Under the pieces are notes generated by a model. That model saw only the letters and a list, made by a program, of their open reading frames with translations. It ran no database searches and was not told where the DNA came from. A stretch of DNA of 64,000 nt from Mobula hypostoma (taxonomy: Eukaryota), in assembly GCF_963921235.1 (NCBI RefSeq), contig NC_086097.1, forward strand, positions 32,552,001-32,616,000, read 5' to 3'. Each line of letters begins with the position of its first letter. Position 1 is the stretch's first letter. This document shows positions 14,301 to 29,300 of this stretch, piece by piece. The position numbers and the translations under genes were made by a program.

Positions 14301-17300
14301 GCCTTCCAGGAGTGAAGAACACTGTCCATTAGCCTGCAGGAACATAGCTCTAAAAAATCTCCACAGAGTCTTAAGCAGCTTGTTTAACAAGAACCCCAAT
14401 TCTCACTTAGGATGCAAGAAGTCCTAGGTTCAAACCCCAGATGAGCCCTGATTTCCCACTGTAATAAGACATTACACAGTGGGGGAAAATGTCGCGTCCT
14501 TTTCAAGGTGGTTAGTCCACCTTTGGTCCCCACCTGGCACTCAGCACTCACCTGTGGCTCCCTGTAGCTGTTTGCATGTGACAGCGGCCACACCCTGGGC
14601 AATGGCTTTGACAAGCTGGCTAAACCAGGTGAGGGTAGCTGACGGGTCTCAAACCCTCGGTGAGAAGGGAGTTGTCTATCCCAGCATGTGAAGACAGTCT
14701 CCAGCGGATTGAGTGGACGAGACCAATGGAAGGTCCAACGGTCAAGGCAGTCTCTGCAAGCGTCGTGGAATGCATAGGGCATGACTAGACACAGAAGATG
14801 TCTGGTCATCCACTGCGCCTAGTCCCATCTCCAGCCATCTCGACTCTTGTTTTACCACTGGATCCAGATGAGAATTGGGAAGAGAGAGTGAGGCTGACGC
14901 TGCGCAACTCTCCCTCACTTAAATCCAAATCATGCGCTAGTCTCGACACCATCAATTGGTGTCGAGGTCTTCATTGACAACGATGGACGAACATGAATGA
15001 AGACTACTGAATGATTCCCTAGTATAAGATGAACTCTTGACCTCATAACCTACCTCATCATGGCCTTGCAACCTCATTGTCAGCCTGCAATGCACTTTCT
15101 ATGTAACTGTAACACTTTACTGTGTTCTGTTATTGTGTTTCTCTTGTACTATCTCAATGCACTGTGTAATGAAATGACTGGCATTTAAAACAAAGTTTTT
15201 CATCTGCACCTCAGTACATGTGACAATAATAAACTAATTTACCAATGTCATTCCCTTTACCATCCATGAAATCTACTGTAGCCACTCAGCTAGGCCACTC
15301 TAGAGCACCTCCTCAACCTGTAACCTCCACTGTGGCAGCAGGCAGAGAACACCACCAGCTCCAGGATCCTCTCCAAGTCTCACAGTATCCTGACTGGAAA
15401 TACAGTGGATTCTGGTTAACTGGGAGACATCAGGACCAGTACATTTTGGCCCAATTAAGCAGCTGTCCCAATTAGCCTAAGTTTCATGGAAATAGTATAA
15501 AAAAAGATAAACTGCAGCAAATTATGCATTTAAATGAAATACAGAACAAATCAGAACACTAACAATGCTACTACAGTACTATAAAACTTTAGTTCCTGAT
15601 AGTTATTGACGGATGAATTCACTGTACACTGTTTTTTTGATCAACTGTAAATAAACAAAATTGCGTAGATGCCTGGTGAGAATAACGGATTGCCTCCATA
15701 CAATTTCATCCTCCAAACCTTCATTTTCATTGTAATATTCAAGATGATTGTGGATAACTTCAAATTATTTGTGGTTTCCAACTTGAAGTAGTGAAGTAGC
15801 CATTTCTGGCATCTCCTAGCCCGAATGCTTGAAATCGCAGTAAGCAAAACAATTCAGAATTGACATACTGCTTAGTTATCATCAACTATCAGTGACAAAT
15901 GATTACTGCTTTTTGAACACAACACTCAACAGACGCTATTTAAAAACTGTTTGCTTTAAGCACAATGTAGTGAATTGAATTGAATTGACTTTATTACTTG
16001 CATCCTTCATATACACAAGGAGTAAAAATCTCTATGTTATGTCTCCGTCTAAATGTGCAATTTATAGTAGCTTATAATAAACAGTATGTATAACAGGATA
16101 GCCAGTATAATATAGAAATACAGTTGTGTCAGCATGAATTAATCAGCTGACGGCCTGGTGGAAGAAGCTGTCCCAGGGTCTGTTGGTCCTGGCTTTTATG
16201 CTGCGGTACTATCTTCCGGATGGTAGCAGCTGGAACAGTTTGTGGTTGGGGTGACTCTGGTTCCCAAAGATCCTTCAGGCCCTTTTTACACACCTGTCCT
16301 TGTAATTGTCCTAAATAGTGGGAAGCTTATATTTACAGATGCGCTGGGCTGTCCACACCGCTCTCTGCAGTGTCCTGCAATTGAGGGAGGTACAGTTCCC
16401 ATACCAGGCAGTGATGCAGCCAGTCAGGATGCCCTTAATTGTGCCCCTGTAGAAAATCCTTAGGATTTGGGGGGCCCACATCAAACTTCTTCAACCGTCT
16501 GAGGTGAAAGAGGCACTGTTGTGCCTTTTTCACCACATAGCTGGTATGTACAGACCACGAGAGATCAGGTGATGTTTATGCCAAGGAACTTAAAGCTGAT
16601 TTCCCTCTCAACCCCAAATCCAGGGATTTCAGTAGGGGCTAGCCTGCCTCCATTCCTCCTGTAGTCCACAACCAGCTCCTTTGTTTTTGCTACATTGAGG
16701 GAGAGGTTATTTTCTTGATATCACTGTGTCAAGGTGTTTAATTGCCACAAAAGTGCACACGACTAACTCTAGTTAGAAACTTCTGCAATAGTTTCCTGTT
16801 CCATTTAAGCAGCATAATGCCCCAAATAAACAAAGTGATTCTTGGCTAATTTCTTGATTAGTTCTTATTCTTTAAGAGTTGTCCCAAATAAGTGGCTGCC
16901 CCAATTAACTGAAGGCCCAATTAACATGAATTCACTGTATATCCCAAAGACAAGATTTAGAAATCTTGAACAACACATACAAAATGTTGGAGGAAGTCAG
17001 CGAGTCAGGCAGGATCTATGGAGGGGAAAAAATGGTCAATGTTTCAGGCCAAGATCCTTATCATTGTTCCTTCATCATCACTGGGTCTAAATCCTGAGAC
17101 TCGGTAAGGAACAAGTTAAATGTGGTTCCTCCTTGGTGTATGCTAAAATGAAATGGAAGTCTATAAGACAAAGTGCTGTTAGCTTGGAGAGTGATTGTTT
17201 AGGAAAGTACAAGACAACAAGTCTACAGGGATGTCTTGATAAAGTTAAGGGAATACAAGTCTACAGCCATAACAGTGGAAAATAGTGAAAAACATTTTTC

Positions 17301-20300
17301 TGGGAAAGGTGAGGTTATTGTGCAGGTGCAGATACCAATTGTATGGAAAAGTACCAGTGTCAGGGGTTTTGAAGGGTTTAAAAAGGGGTACTTTCTTGGT
17401 GCAGCAGGGAAGGGAGTTTTGTCTTGGGTTGAATCACAGCTGATGCTGAGATAGGAAACAATAAGTACATCAAGAGAGTCAGAGTTAGACCGAAAGAGAG
17501 AGAAAGAGAGAAAACAGGCTGCATGTAAGATTGTCGGATCTGTGGCTCACTCCAGATGGGCTTGCTTAATGAATGATAGTATTATTTAGATAGCTGTATT
17601 GCTATTGCTAAAGAGATTTTTTTTCTTTCTGTATTGGATTTGTGAGAGTTCTAATAAAGTGTTTTCTTGTGGCCTTGAACACGCATATCAGCTCCTTGGT
17701 GTGCAGATACATATTGCATGCGAAAACCCAGAGCTGAATTAGAAAAGAACACATAACAAATTTTAAAATAATTTTCCTTCACAGACTCCTTCCCCCAACA
17801 GTTCTGTGGAATTCGCTACATGCACTGTAGCTGATGAAGTAAGTAGTTCATAGCAATTTTCTCTGAGGTATTTAGGGAATTGGAAGAAAATGCTTTTCTT
17901 GCCGATGACAATGCACGTTTGAAATCCCACACACCACACTGTGAATACTCACCCAACTGGACAAGAGAGTGCATGGGTCCAACGCCACCAAGGATACCAG
18001 GTAGTTGATTCTTTCTGATGTCAGTTAGCCATTCATTAAGTGCGTATGACACGAGCTTGTCCACTCCCAACAACCTGCAGAATAACCAGTAAAGTTCAGT
18101 ATCAGATGGAAGCCAGCTCGCTGCTGAAAGAGGAGTTGAGAACAGAGATACACAGACAACGCCAAAAATGCACTCATTAGTTTTGATGATAAAAGGGAAA
18201 GGTTCTATAGGTTCTCCAGACTTTATTCCTTGGAGGATAGAAGAGTGAAAGCAAATTTGAAAGAAGTATACAAAATTATAAGGAATATAGATAAGGGCAA
18301 ATGCAAGCAAGCTTCTTCCACTGAGGCTGGGTGAGACTAGAACTAGAGGTCATAGGTTAAAGGTGAAAAGTCAAATATTTAAGGGGAATCTGAAGGGGAA
18401 CTTCTTCACTCAAGAGGGTGCTGAGAGTGTGGAAATAGCTGACAGTGGAAGTGGTGGATCTGGGTTTGATCTTAACATTCAAGGGAAGTTTGGATAAGTA
18501 CATGGATGGGATGGATATGGTCAGGTGTAGGTCAATGGGACTATGCAGACCAACAGTTTGCCATGGATTAGATGGGCTGAAGGGCTTGTTTCTGTGCTGT
18601 ACTGCTCTATGACTCTGATAAAAAAGGACTCCTGGGAGCAGAATGAAAAGCTATCAGAGCTAGAGTCAAAAGAGAACACAGATGTTGGAACTTGAAGCAA
18701 CCAACAAGATGCTGGTTAGAACTCAATGGGTCAGGCAGCATCTGTGGAAAGAAATGGAAGTCAATATTTTGGTCAAGAATTTTCATCTAGATTTAAATGA
18801 AGGATCTTAACCTATTTGTCCATTTCTCTCTACATATGCTGCTATCCCACTGAACTCCTCCAGCATTCTGCTTGTGGTTATCAGAGTCACTTTGGCCATA
18901 ATCCGAACAAACCTTGTGTTCTCTTGAATACAAACAACAGGAATTCTGCAGATGCTGGGAATTCAAGCAACACACATCAAAGTTGCTGGTGAACGCAGCA
19001 GGCCAAGCAGCATCTGTAGGAAGAGGTGCAGTCGACGTTTCAGGCTGAGACCCTTCGTCAGGACTAACGAAGTCGACTGCACCTCTTCCTACAGATGCTG
19101 CTTGGCCTGCTGCGTTCACCAGCAACTTTGATGTGTGTTCTCTTGAATACTTCACTGCTGCTTAGAGATTATGCACAATGGGACCATCCTCTGAGTGAGA
19201 GTTTTCTGAGATCCACAGCCTTACATTGGGCAGGCTCTGTCTCAAAGCCCACTTCCTCACCCAAAGGGTAATTCCAACAATCATCAGGCCTATTACGCTC
19301 TGTGCCAAATTCTTGTCAGAGCTAAGGGTTAACGTACGAGGAGTATTTGATGGCTCTGGGCCTGTACTCGCTGGAGTTTAGAAGAATGAGGAGGAGGGCT
19401 GTCACTGAAAACTACTGAATATTGATTTGATAATGTGGATATAGAGAGGATATTTCCAATAGTGGGGGAGTCTAGGACCAGAGGGCATGGCTTCAAAATA
19501 GAAGAACATCCTTTTAGAACAGAGATAAGGAGGAATTTCTATAGCCAGATGGTGGTGAAGCTGTGTAAATCATTGCTACAGCCAGCTGTGGAGGCCAAGT
19601 TACTGGGTGTAGTATTAAAGTGCAGGTTGATACTGTAGGTTCTAGATTATTAAGGGTATCGAAGGTTATGGGGAAGAGGCAAGAAAGTAGGTTTGAGGGA
19701 AAATAAATCAGCTATGATTGAATGGTGAAGCAAATTTGATGTGGTGAATGGCTGAATTCTCCTAGGTCTTATGTACTCAGGTCAACAAGGACAGCATTAG
19801 AAGAGCCATTATTCAGATTGACTGTGCTTACCCATGTCTGTAGCACAATCTTTTCAACTTCAACTCAGAACAGTTCAGCTGAGCCAGTCCAATCAGTATT
19901 CCTGCCAAGGTGCCCTGCAATAAGAAAGATGCTGTGGAGACCTTGTGATCAGTCTGCTGTGCTGCTTCCATGCGGAAATGAGCTTATTCCAGTAACCACA
20001 AGTTCACACACTTCAGCCTAAGAGACCAGGCATTCTATAAAAGAGGATCACTCCCTGGCCCTGGAGAGTGCTGTAGCTCAGATGGGTGCAGGTACGTAGT
20101 TCATTGCAAGTGGCAATACAGGTAGACAGGATGATGAAGGTGCTTGGTACACTGGTCTTCATTGGTCAGGAACTGGGATGTCATGTTACAGCTGTACAAG
20201 ACATTGGCATAAACCTCATTTTGAATATTGTGTGCACTTGTATGAAGGAAAAAGTAATAGTGGACACTACCCACCCTGCAAACTGCCTTTTCTAAAACCT

Positions 20301-23300
20301 CTCTTCTGTTAAAACAAAACCATGCCGTTAAATGTTTCATTCTCCAAGTAGTAAATCTGATTAACTATTATAGTTAGCTACTACATCCTCTACATCTATT
20401 ACCCCTGTATTGCACTGCAAAACACTTTATACCACTTTTTATATTTATTTATTTAGAGATACAGCGCAGAATACACCCTTCTGGCCCAACGAGACAGACT
20501 GCCTAGCAACACACCTATTTAACAGTAGCCTAATCATAGGACAATTTCGCCTTCTAACCAGTACATCTTTAGATTGTTGGAGGAAACCCACGTGCTCATG
20601 GGAAGGAGATACACTCCTCTTACAGACGGTATGAAATGGAACCGTGAACTCCTATGCCCCAAGCTGTAATAGTGTTGTACTAACCGCTTTGCTACCGTGG
20701 CACTTTGGGAGTAATGCTGGTTACAGTGTAAGTATATGCAAATACTTAATGTCTCTTTGCCCTTTTACTATATCTGTACTTTAACCTCTAACTTTATAAT
20801 TTACATAATTTTTTATTCTTTATTAATCGTTGAATGTCATTTTTCATTGCACATTGCACCCTGACCAAAGTACCATGCAAATTCCAAACACACGTAAATG
20901 TTTATGGTGAATAAAGCTGATCCTTGATAGAGACAAATTCAGTTGCTTCATTCGTAAAGGAACCAGATAAGAACCTCTGTGGATGTTTCTCCATTAGCTA
21001 GAAACAGAATATAACCTGGTGCAATGGAGAGAGCAAGTTGCTTTTGTTCGAGATCTATTCACTGATTGAATCGAATTGCACAAACAGCACTCAGCTGGTA
21101 GTACCCCATTCCCTCCACAACTTACTTGATCCATAGACATGTGCTTGCCATGGTAATCCAATCGAATGGGGACCTCAGATGTGAAACGAAACTCCCTGGA
21201 ATGACAAAAGCTTTGGGTTAAAAAAAATTTCCATTGTGCTTTGGCATATTTCAAGCCAACATAACCTGGAAAGTAAATCTGAATATCCAAGATTAATTAT
21301 TTTTTTAGGGGCAGCACTTTAGCGTAGCAGTTAGTGTAACGAGCTGGTTTCAATGCTAATGTCAGTGCTGATGATCTGGTTTCAATTCCCACCACTGTCT
21401 GTAAGGAGTTTGTACTGTACCTTCTCCCCATGACCACGTGAACTCCCTCTGGGTGTTGCAGTTTCTTCCCACTTTCCAAAGACATATGGGTTAGTAGGTT
21501 AATTGGTCACATGGGTGTAATTAGATGGCGCCATTGGCACGATGGGCCTGTAACCATGCTGAATCTCTAAGTAAGTATTTCCATTGATATAAAAATGGAT
21601 TTCATAATTAGTATCAGATTTAATATCACTGGGATGTATCATGAAATCTGTTGTTTTGCAACAGCAGTACATTGTAATACATAATAATAAATCCTATAAA
21701 TTATAATAAGTATACATATTAAAAAATAAAATAAAATAAAATAAAATAAGGAGTGCAAAAATAGGAAAAAAAAATACTAAGGTAGTGTTCATGGGTTCAT
21801 TGTCCATTTGGAAATCTGATGTCGATGGGGAAGAAGCTGTTCCTGAAACATTGAGTATATGTTTTCAAGCTCTTGTACCTCTTTCTTGATGATCGCAATG
21901 ACAAGAGGGCACATCCTGGGTAATGGGCCCAGGATATGTCTTTCTGAGGCATTGTCTTTTGAAAGTGTCCTGAATGTTGGGGAGGCTAGTGCCCATGATA
22001 GAGCTGGCGGAGTTTACAATTTTCTGTAGCTTTTTCTGATTCTGTGCAGCGGCCCCTCCATACCAAATGGTGATGCAACCAGTTAGAATGCTCTCCACAG
22101 TACATATAGAAAATTGAGAGCATCTTTGGTGACATACCCCTTAACCTAATAAAATATAGCCATTGTTTTGCCTCCTTTGTAATTGCACAAATATGTTGGG
22201 CCCAGGATAGATCCTCGGGAACTTGAAACTGTTCAACCCTTTCCACTTCTGATCCCTCAAAAAGGACTGCGTGTGTTATCTCGACTTCCTCTTCCCTGAG
22301 CCCACAATCAAAGCCTTGGGCTTACTGACGTTGAGTGAAATGTTGTTTTAGCGATGCCACTCAAGCAACTGACCTATCGCTTCTGTATGTCTCCTCATCA
22401 CCACCTGAAATTCTGCCAACGATAGTTGTGTTGTCGGCAAATTTATAGATGGTGTTTGAGGTGTGCCGAGCCACACATTCGTTTGTGTAAAGAGAGTACA
22501 GCAGTGGGCTAAGCACGCATCCTTTAGCTGTGCCAGTGTTGATTGTCAGCAAGGAGATGTTATTTCTGGTCTGCACAGACTGTGGTCTTATGGTGAGGAA
22601 ATCAAGGATTCAGCTACAGAGAGAGGTACAGAGGCCCAAGTTTTGGAGCTTGTTGATTAGAATTGAGGGTATGTTTAAGTTGAATGCTGAGCTGTAGTCA
22701 ATAAATAGCAGCCTGACACGGATAAGCACAAATCTAATCAAAAACTATTAAAGAGCAGATATAGCGATGCTTCATGTTTAGGAGGGCTGGCTGGTGGTGT
22801 AGTGGCATCAGCACTGGGCAGGTGGTCCTGAGTTCGAATCCATTCGGGTTCTGTGTGGAAGAGAGGCCTGGCCATCTACTTCCGTACCTTGCCACGAAAA
22901 CCCTATGGACAACTACACTATCTATACATGATGATGACCTGACTGCACTCAATAACATGTTTGGGAAGTTGTACGTATTACATATGGCAAAATCTGTTAA
23001 ACTTCACTGTAGAAGGAACTGCAGTGAAATCTCTACAGTTAGAGATTGGGCTTCACAACTGGGCAGAATGAAGGTGGAGGGAAGAATGGTTTTTACTCTG
23101 GAACACAGTAGCACTGCTTGCAATAATACAGAATACAACCCTAGGTGTACAGGCGAAGAACAAACTCAATATGCAAACACAAATTACTAAATCTGAAAAG
23201 CCGAAGGGCCTGTTTCTGTGCTGTAGTGCAATAAATACTCTACAACTCAATTACTGTTCAAACATCTTACAGGTTTGGAAACAATACATTTGTGTGATAG

Positions 23301-26300
23301 AGTCAGTGTGGACAGCTCTAACCAGACCACTGAAACAATATCCACTGCATCAATGAGGCTACTCTAAACATAAACACGTGCCAGCCTGATTTTGAGGGAG
23401 TCTCTTGCACTGTTTGCAGATTTTATTTGTAAAGCTAGGGTAATGTTCAGTTGGTCAAGTAGCACGTGTGGCAATAGAAACCAGATCAATGACCTCTAAG
23501 GATTTCCAGCATTTTCTGCTGAGGGTCCTTAATTTAACCTGATTTAAGATCAGAGATTTAAGATCTAGAAATACTCAAGTGGATGAACTTGTGTGAGGTT
23601 TCCTTTTCTTTTTTGGCTTTACATTCTGGAAGCATGCAAACAACTTAAGGGACATCCAAGGAAAGCGAGAGCTGGAGATTGAGTCATGGAGCAATACCGT
23701 TCAGAAACAGGCCCTTCAGCCCATCTAGTCCACGCAGAACTGTTTTTCTGCCAAGTGCTATCTACTGCACCCAGATCATTGCCTTCCATACCCCTCTCAT
23801 CCATGTACCACTACTTCTGCTAGCAGCTTGTTCCACATAAGCACCACCCTCTAAGTGAAGAGGTTTCCCTTCAAGTTCTCCTTAAATATTTCACTCTTCA
23901 TCCTAAAACTATGACCTCTAATTCTAGTTTCACAGCTTAAGGGGAAAAAGCTTGCTTGCAGTTTACATATCTATATCTGTCATAATTCTGTATACCTCTA
24001 GAAAATCTCCCCTCATTCTCCTGTGCTTCAGGGAATAAATTCCTAACCTATTCAAATTTTCCCTATAACTCAGGTCCTCAAGTCCCAGCAACATCTCAAT
24101 GCATTTCAAACAATTTTGCTTTTATTTCAAATTCCTTGCACTTACTGTTGTTGATTTCAATGTCCAGTAAATAGAGACTCTGTTACTCATTCATTGTCAT
24201 ACCTCTCATGTTCTCTCACAGAACAGAGCATCACTGGACAGGCCACTCGCAGTGCTGTGCTGCCCTTGATGCCAATTTATACAAAATGTCCTCCTCCTGT
24301 ATGTCATACATATCCTTTATTTCTCTTTGTATTCATGTATCTATCTAAAAGCCTCTTAAATTTCACCAAACTGACTGTTTCCACCACTACTCCTGGTAAC
24401 CCATTCGAGGCACATACTGCTTTTCGGTAAAAACTTGCCCCTCACATCACCTTTAAATTCCAAAACCTCCCCAATTTTAAAAGCATGTCTTCTGGCGTTG
24501 GGCATTTCTACCTGGGGAAAAGTCTGAATGTCTACCCTATCTATGCCCCTCATAATTTACAAAGACCTCAGGTCTGCCCTCAGTCTCTGCCGGTCCAGAG
24601 AAAACAACCCAAGTTTATCCTACATCTCCTTACAGCTCATGAACAGTCTCCATATCTTTCTGTAATGGGGCAACCAGAACTGCACACTATACTCTAAGTG
24701 CCGTCTGACTAAACTTTTATACAGCTGCAGCATGACTTCCTTACTCTTATATTCAACACCCCTGCCAATGAAGCAAGCTTGTCATACACCCTCTTTACCA
24801 TCGTATCCACTTGCATAGTCACTTTCTGCGATCTATGGATACGGACCCCAATACCTTTTCTGAAAATCCCAAGATCTGAATCTTCTGTAGCAAAATAGAA
24901 ACCAGACCACATTTACAATATCTCCACGTGGTTAAGCAAAATTTAATACAGTTATATTAACTGATCAATCCTCTACAGATAATCCTAATACTGTTCATAC
25001 CTTCTAAAAATTAGCTTTTTTGTTTGTCACATGTACATCAAAATTTACAGTGAAATACTTCATTTGTGTCAATGACCATCACCGTCGGAGAATGTGCTGG
25101 GGCAGCCCACAAGTATGGCCATGCTTCCAGCACCATCATAGCAAGCCCACAATTACTAACCCAAACCTGTACATCTTTGGAGTGTGAGAGGAAACTGCAG
25201 CATCTACATGGTCATGCAGAGAATGTACGAATTCATTACAGGCAGTGGCAGGAATTGAACCCTGATTGCTGGTAGTGTAAAGTGTTACCCCTAACTGCTA
25301 CATTACTGTAAAGGTCCACGAGGTAGAAAAGGAAAGGCCTGCTACCATGACTGTCACTTTCCCACATCTGAAGCTCACCTGAAGAAGACCGGCTGGTCTG
25401 CAAAGGCTGCTGCTGCAGTTCCCTCTGGCTCGCTGATCGGGACCGTAGCCGCAGTAGTCGAAGGTCCTGGTTGGTGTTTGCTCTGACCTGGAAGGGTAAT
25501 TATGGGGCCATGATCTGCAGCAGTGGTTCCATTTTTGGAAAGGCTGCTGGCGGCATCTGACCCAGGAGGTTTTCTCACTGTGGGAAGACATGCAGAGAGT
25601 GTATAAATTAGCACAGGACAACATCTTGCTGCTCAACTTTATTTCATTTTTGTGTAACAACTTAAATAAATCTCTTGAACTTTATGAATACTAGGTAAAT
25701 TATCACCACAATCAACACAGAGTGTCTCAATAAATTCTTTGCATACTAGTTTATCATTTTATCATGTTCTTGTAGTTGGAAAATGGAACCCAACTAGACT
25801 AGTTCTCCCCATGTAATTCCTCTGACCCAGAGGCTGTCTTTGTATTTTCTGGTTGAATGGCACAACTTCAGATTTAACATATCAAATCCCCTTAAGCTAA
25901 AGCTTAACAAATGCACTCATTTGAGAAAAATGAGATTTGAAGATCAAGATCTCTCTCCAGCCCAGTGCTCATGGCCTTGAGAACATTTGTGATTCTGGTC
26001 TCCTGCAAGCTTTTGAGATATGAACCTTGGAAGTACAGGCATTTCAAACAAGTAATGTTAATGGTGTCCCTCCAAGATCCTCCAAATCTTCTAGCAGGAT
26101 AAGCATACCAAAATCAGTATTTTCATCTAGGCCAACGTTCCTAGCACTGAAGCCCTAATCATATACGGTTGGCTCTGCACAGGGCAAGCCACACAGTCTG
26201 TACACTCCTCACCAAACTCTTGAAACCAACACATGATTCCTGCATCTGCTGGGTAAAATGTGTGGGTTTTGTCGATCATTTTATTTCATTAGTGAATTCT

Positions 26301-29300
26301 GTTACATTGTCACAACATAATCGCACAGAACTGTAGCAGAAGGAGGTTAAACCGTAAGACCTAAAGACATCAGAGCAGAATTAGGCCATTCAACACACTA
26401 AGTCTGCTCTGCCATTCCACTGTCATCACCAATAACTGGAATCAGAACACAAATTAATTTACTGCTCAACTATATTTTACTTGTGCACATGGTCCCTGTC
26501 ACTATGCTGCTCTGAATTCTGAACAGAGAAATGCCATATTTATACAGAACTAGCCAGCAGTTATGGATATTGACCACTTGCTAATCAATGTATGCTTTAA
26601 TTCCTTACCTGCAAGAACAATCACCATTCATAATACAAGTGTTAAGAGTTAACAAAAACTACAAACTGACAACCAAGGTTACTTTGAAATTAGTAAAACC
26701 TGGTTGGTCCCTTACTTGGTGTGCACACCTTGGATTACTTGTCTCCAGACTCCTAGTGTGCAAAGGGAAACTATGCTCTTCAAAGACCTTTCTTGTCTGT
26801 GCTGTCTGCACTCAATCAGTAGTCTATCCTTGCCTGGATATTGTGTTAACCCTTGCCTTTCTGCAACTTTCACAACACCATGGCTGATTTATTATCTCTC
26901 TCAACCCCATTCTTCTTCCTTCTTCCTGTAACATTTGACTTCCTTACTAATCAAGAATCTATCAACCTCTCTTTAAATATACCCAATTACTTAGCCTCCA
27001 CAGCCATCTGTGGCAAGGAATTCCACAGATTCACCACCGTGTAGCTAAAGAAATCCCTCCTCATTTCTGTTCTACAGGGACGTCCTTCTATTCTGAGGCT
27101 GTGCCCTTTGGTCCTAGATTCTCCCACTATTGGAAACATCCTCTCCACAACCACTCTATCAAAGCTTTTCAATATTCTTACAATACAGTAGTGACTGGAA
27201 TTCTAAAGTGATCATAGTTGTAAAATCACATTGATGTTTGCCTAGGACACAACAATAGTGAGCTACTACTCACCCTCCTGCACAGGATCTGGAGGAATTA
27301 ACATCTCAACCTCTGCAGCTAGGCTGCTGAAAAAGTCCTTTAAGAAAAACAGGGCATCCTAAAAACAGGAGTAAAAGTGAGACACACTGATCAGGAATTT
27401 TCCAAAGAACCACTCCATTAACAGATAGTAAAGGACAAATTTCAAACTGAATATTTTAGAGAGCTGTCAGATTTCAATTTAGAACGGGAACATTCCTCCC
27501 CAATTCCAAGGACACAGGGTGTCAGGAGTATGGAGAGACTTAAAACTAATTAGTAAGCTCCAAGATCTGGGCCTCAATGCCCCCATATGCAATTGGATCC
27601 TGGATTTCCTCTCTTGCAGACCTCAGTCAGGGCGAATTGGCAAAAACATCTCCATAATCTTCATCAGCACAGGAGCACTGCAGGGATGTGTACTTAGCCC
27701 TCTGCTCTATTCACTTTACAACTATGACTGTGTGACCAAGTACAGCTCTAACATCATATGCAAGTTTGCTGATGACATCACTGTTGTGAGCTGTATCAAA
27801 GGGGGTGATGAATCAGCATACAGGAGGGAGACTGCAAACTTGGCTAAGTGGTGTAATAACAGCCTCTCATTCAATGTCAGTAAGACTAAGGAACCGATAG
27901 TAGACTCCAGAAGAGGGAAACCAGAAGTCCATGAGCCAGTAATCATTGGAAGATCAGAGGAGGAGAGAGTCAGTAACTTTAAATTCATGATGGGTCACTA
28001 TCTCAGAGGACCCATCAATGAATATTATTGCAAAGAAAGCACGACAGCGCCTCTGCTTCCTCAGGAGTCTGTGGAAGTTCGCATGACATTGAAAACCTTG
28101 CAAACTTCTATAAGTGTATGGTGGAAAGTATGCTGACTGGCTGCATTATGGCCTGGTATGGGAACAGCAACGCCTTTGAATGGAAAATCCTACAGAAGGT
28201 AGTGGATTCGGCCCAGTATATCACAGGTAAAACCCTTCCAACCATTAACCCTTCCTAATTAAACATTGGTGTAGAAAAGCAGGATCCTCACTCCCAGGCC
28301 TTGCTCTTTTCTCACTGCTGCCATCAGGTAGAAGGTACAGGTCCCTCAGGACTCGCACCAACAGGTTCAAGAATAGTTACTACCCCTCAGCCATCATGCT
28401 CTTGAACAAAAGGGGATAGTTAGACGAATTTAAGGACTCATTTAATGACTCTGTTTTATTGTTATTTCATGCTCGTTATTTATTTATATCTGTATTTGCA
28501 CAGTTTGCTGTCCACTGATCCTGTTTACAGTTACTGTTCTATAGATTTGCTAAGCATGCCCACTGAATAAGAATCTCAGGGTTATATGTGGTGACATGTA
28601 TGTACTCTGATAATAAATTTCACTTTGAACTTAGAGTGTGGGAAAATGGTGCTGAGGCCAAGATTGGATCAGTGATTGGTGCAGCAGAGCTGAGAAGCCA
28701 ATCGGCCTACTCCTGCTTGTGTCTCATGATCTTACACACTCAGTGGCCACTTTAATTCCTTGTTAGATTAAAATCTAATCAGCCAATCATGTGGCAGCAA
28801 CTCAATGAATAAAAGCATGCAGACAGGGTTCAAGAGGTTCACATCAGAATGGGAAGAAATGTGATCCAAGTAACTTTGCCTTTGGAATAATTGTTGGTGC
28901 TAGATGGGGTGGTTTGAGTATCTTAGAAGCTGTCGATCTCCTGGGATTTTCACACACAAAGGTCTCTAGAGTTTAAAGAGAATGATGTGACAAAAAAAAT
29001 AACATCCAGTGAGCAACAGTTCTGTGGGCAAAAATGCCTTGTTAATGAGAAAGGTCAGAGGAGAATGGGCAGGTTGGTTCAAGCTGACAGAAAAATGACA
29101 GTAACTTAAATAAACATGTGTTACAACAGAGGCATGCAGAACAGCATCTCTAAATGCACAACACATTGAACCTTGAAGTGAATGGGCTACAGCATCAGAA
29201 GACCACAAACATACGCTCAGTGGCCACATCATTAGGTACAGAGGGTACCTAATAAAGTGTGTTACATACGCCGTAACGGGTTAAAAGAACCAGCAGAAAT

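Noticed and set aside
21721..21750. (AAAAT)n microsatellite
   Set aside because: Ordinary expansion in a LINE 3' UTR.
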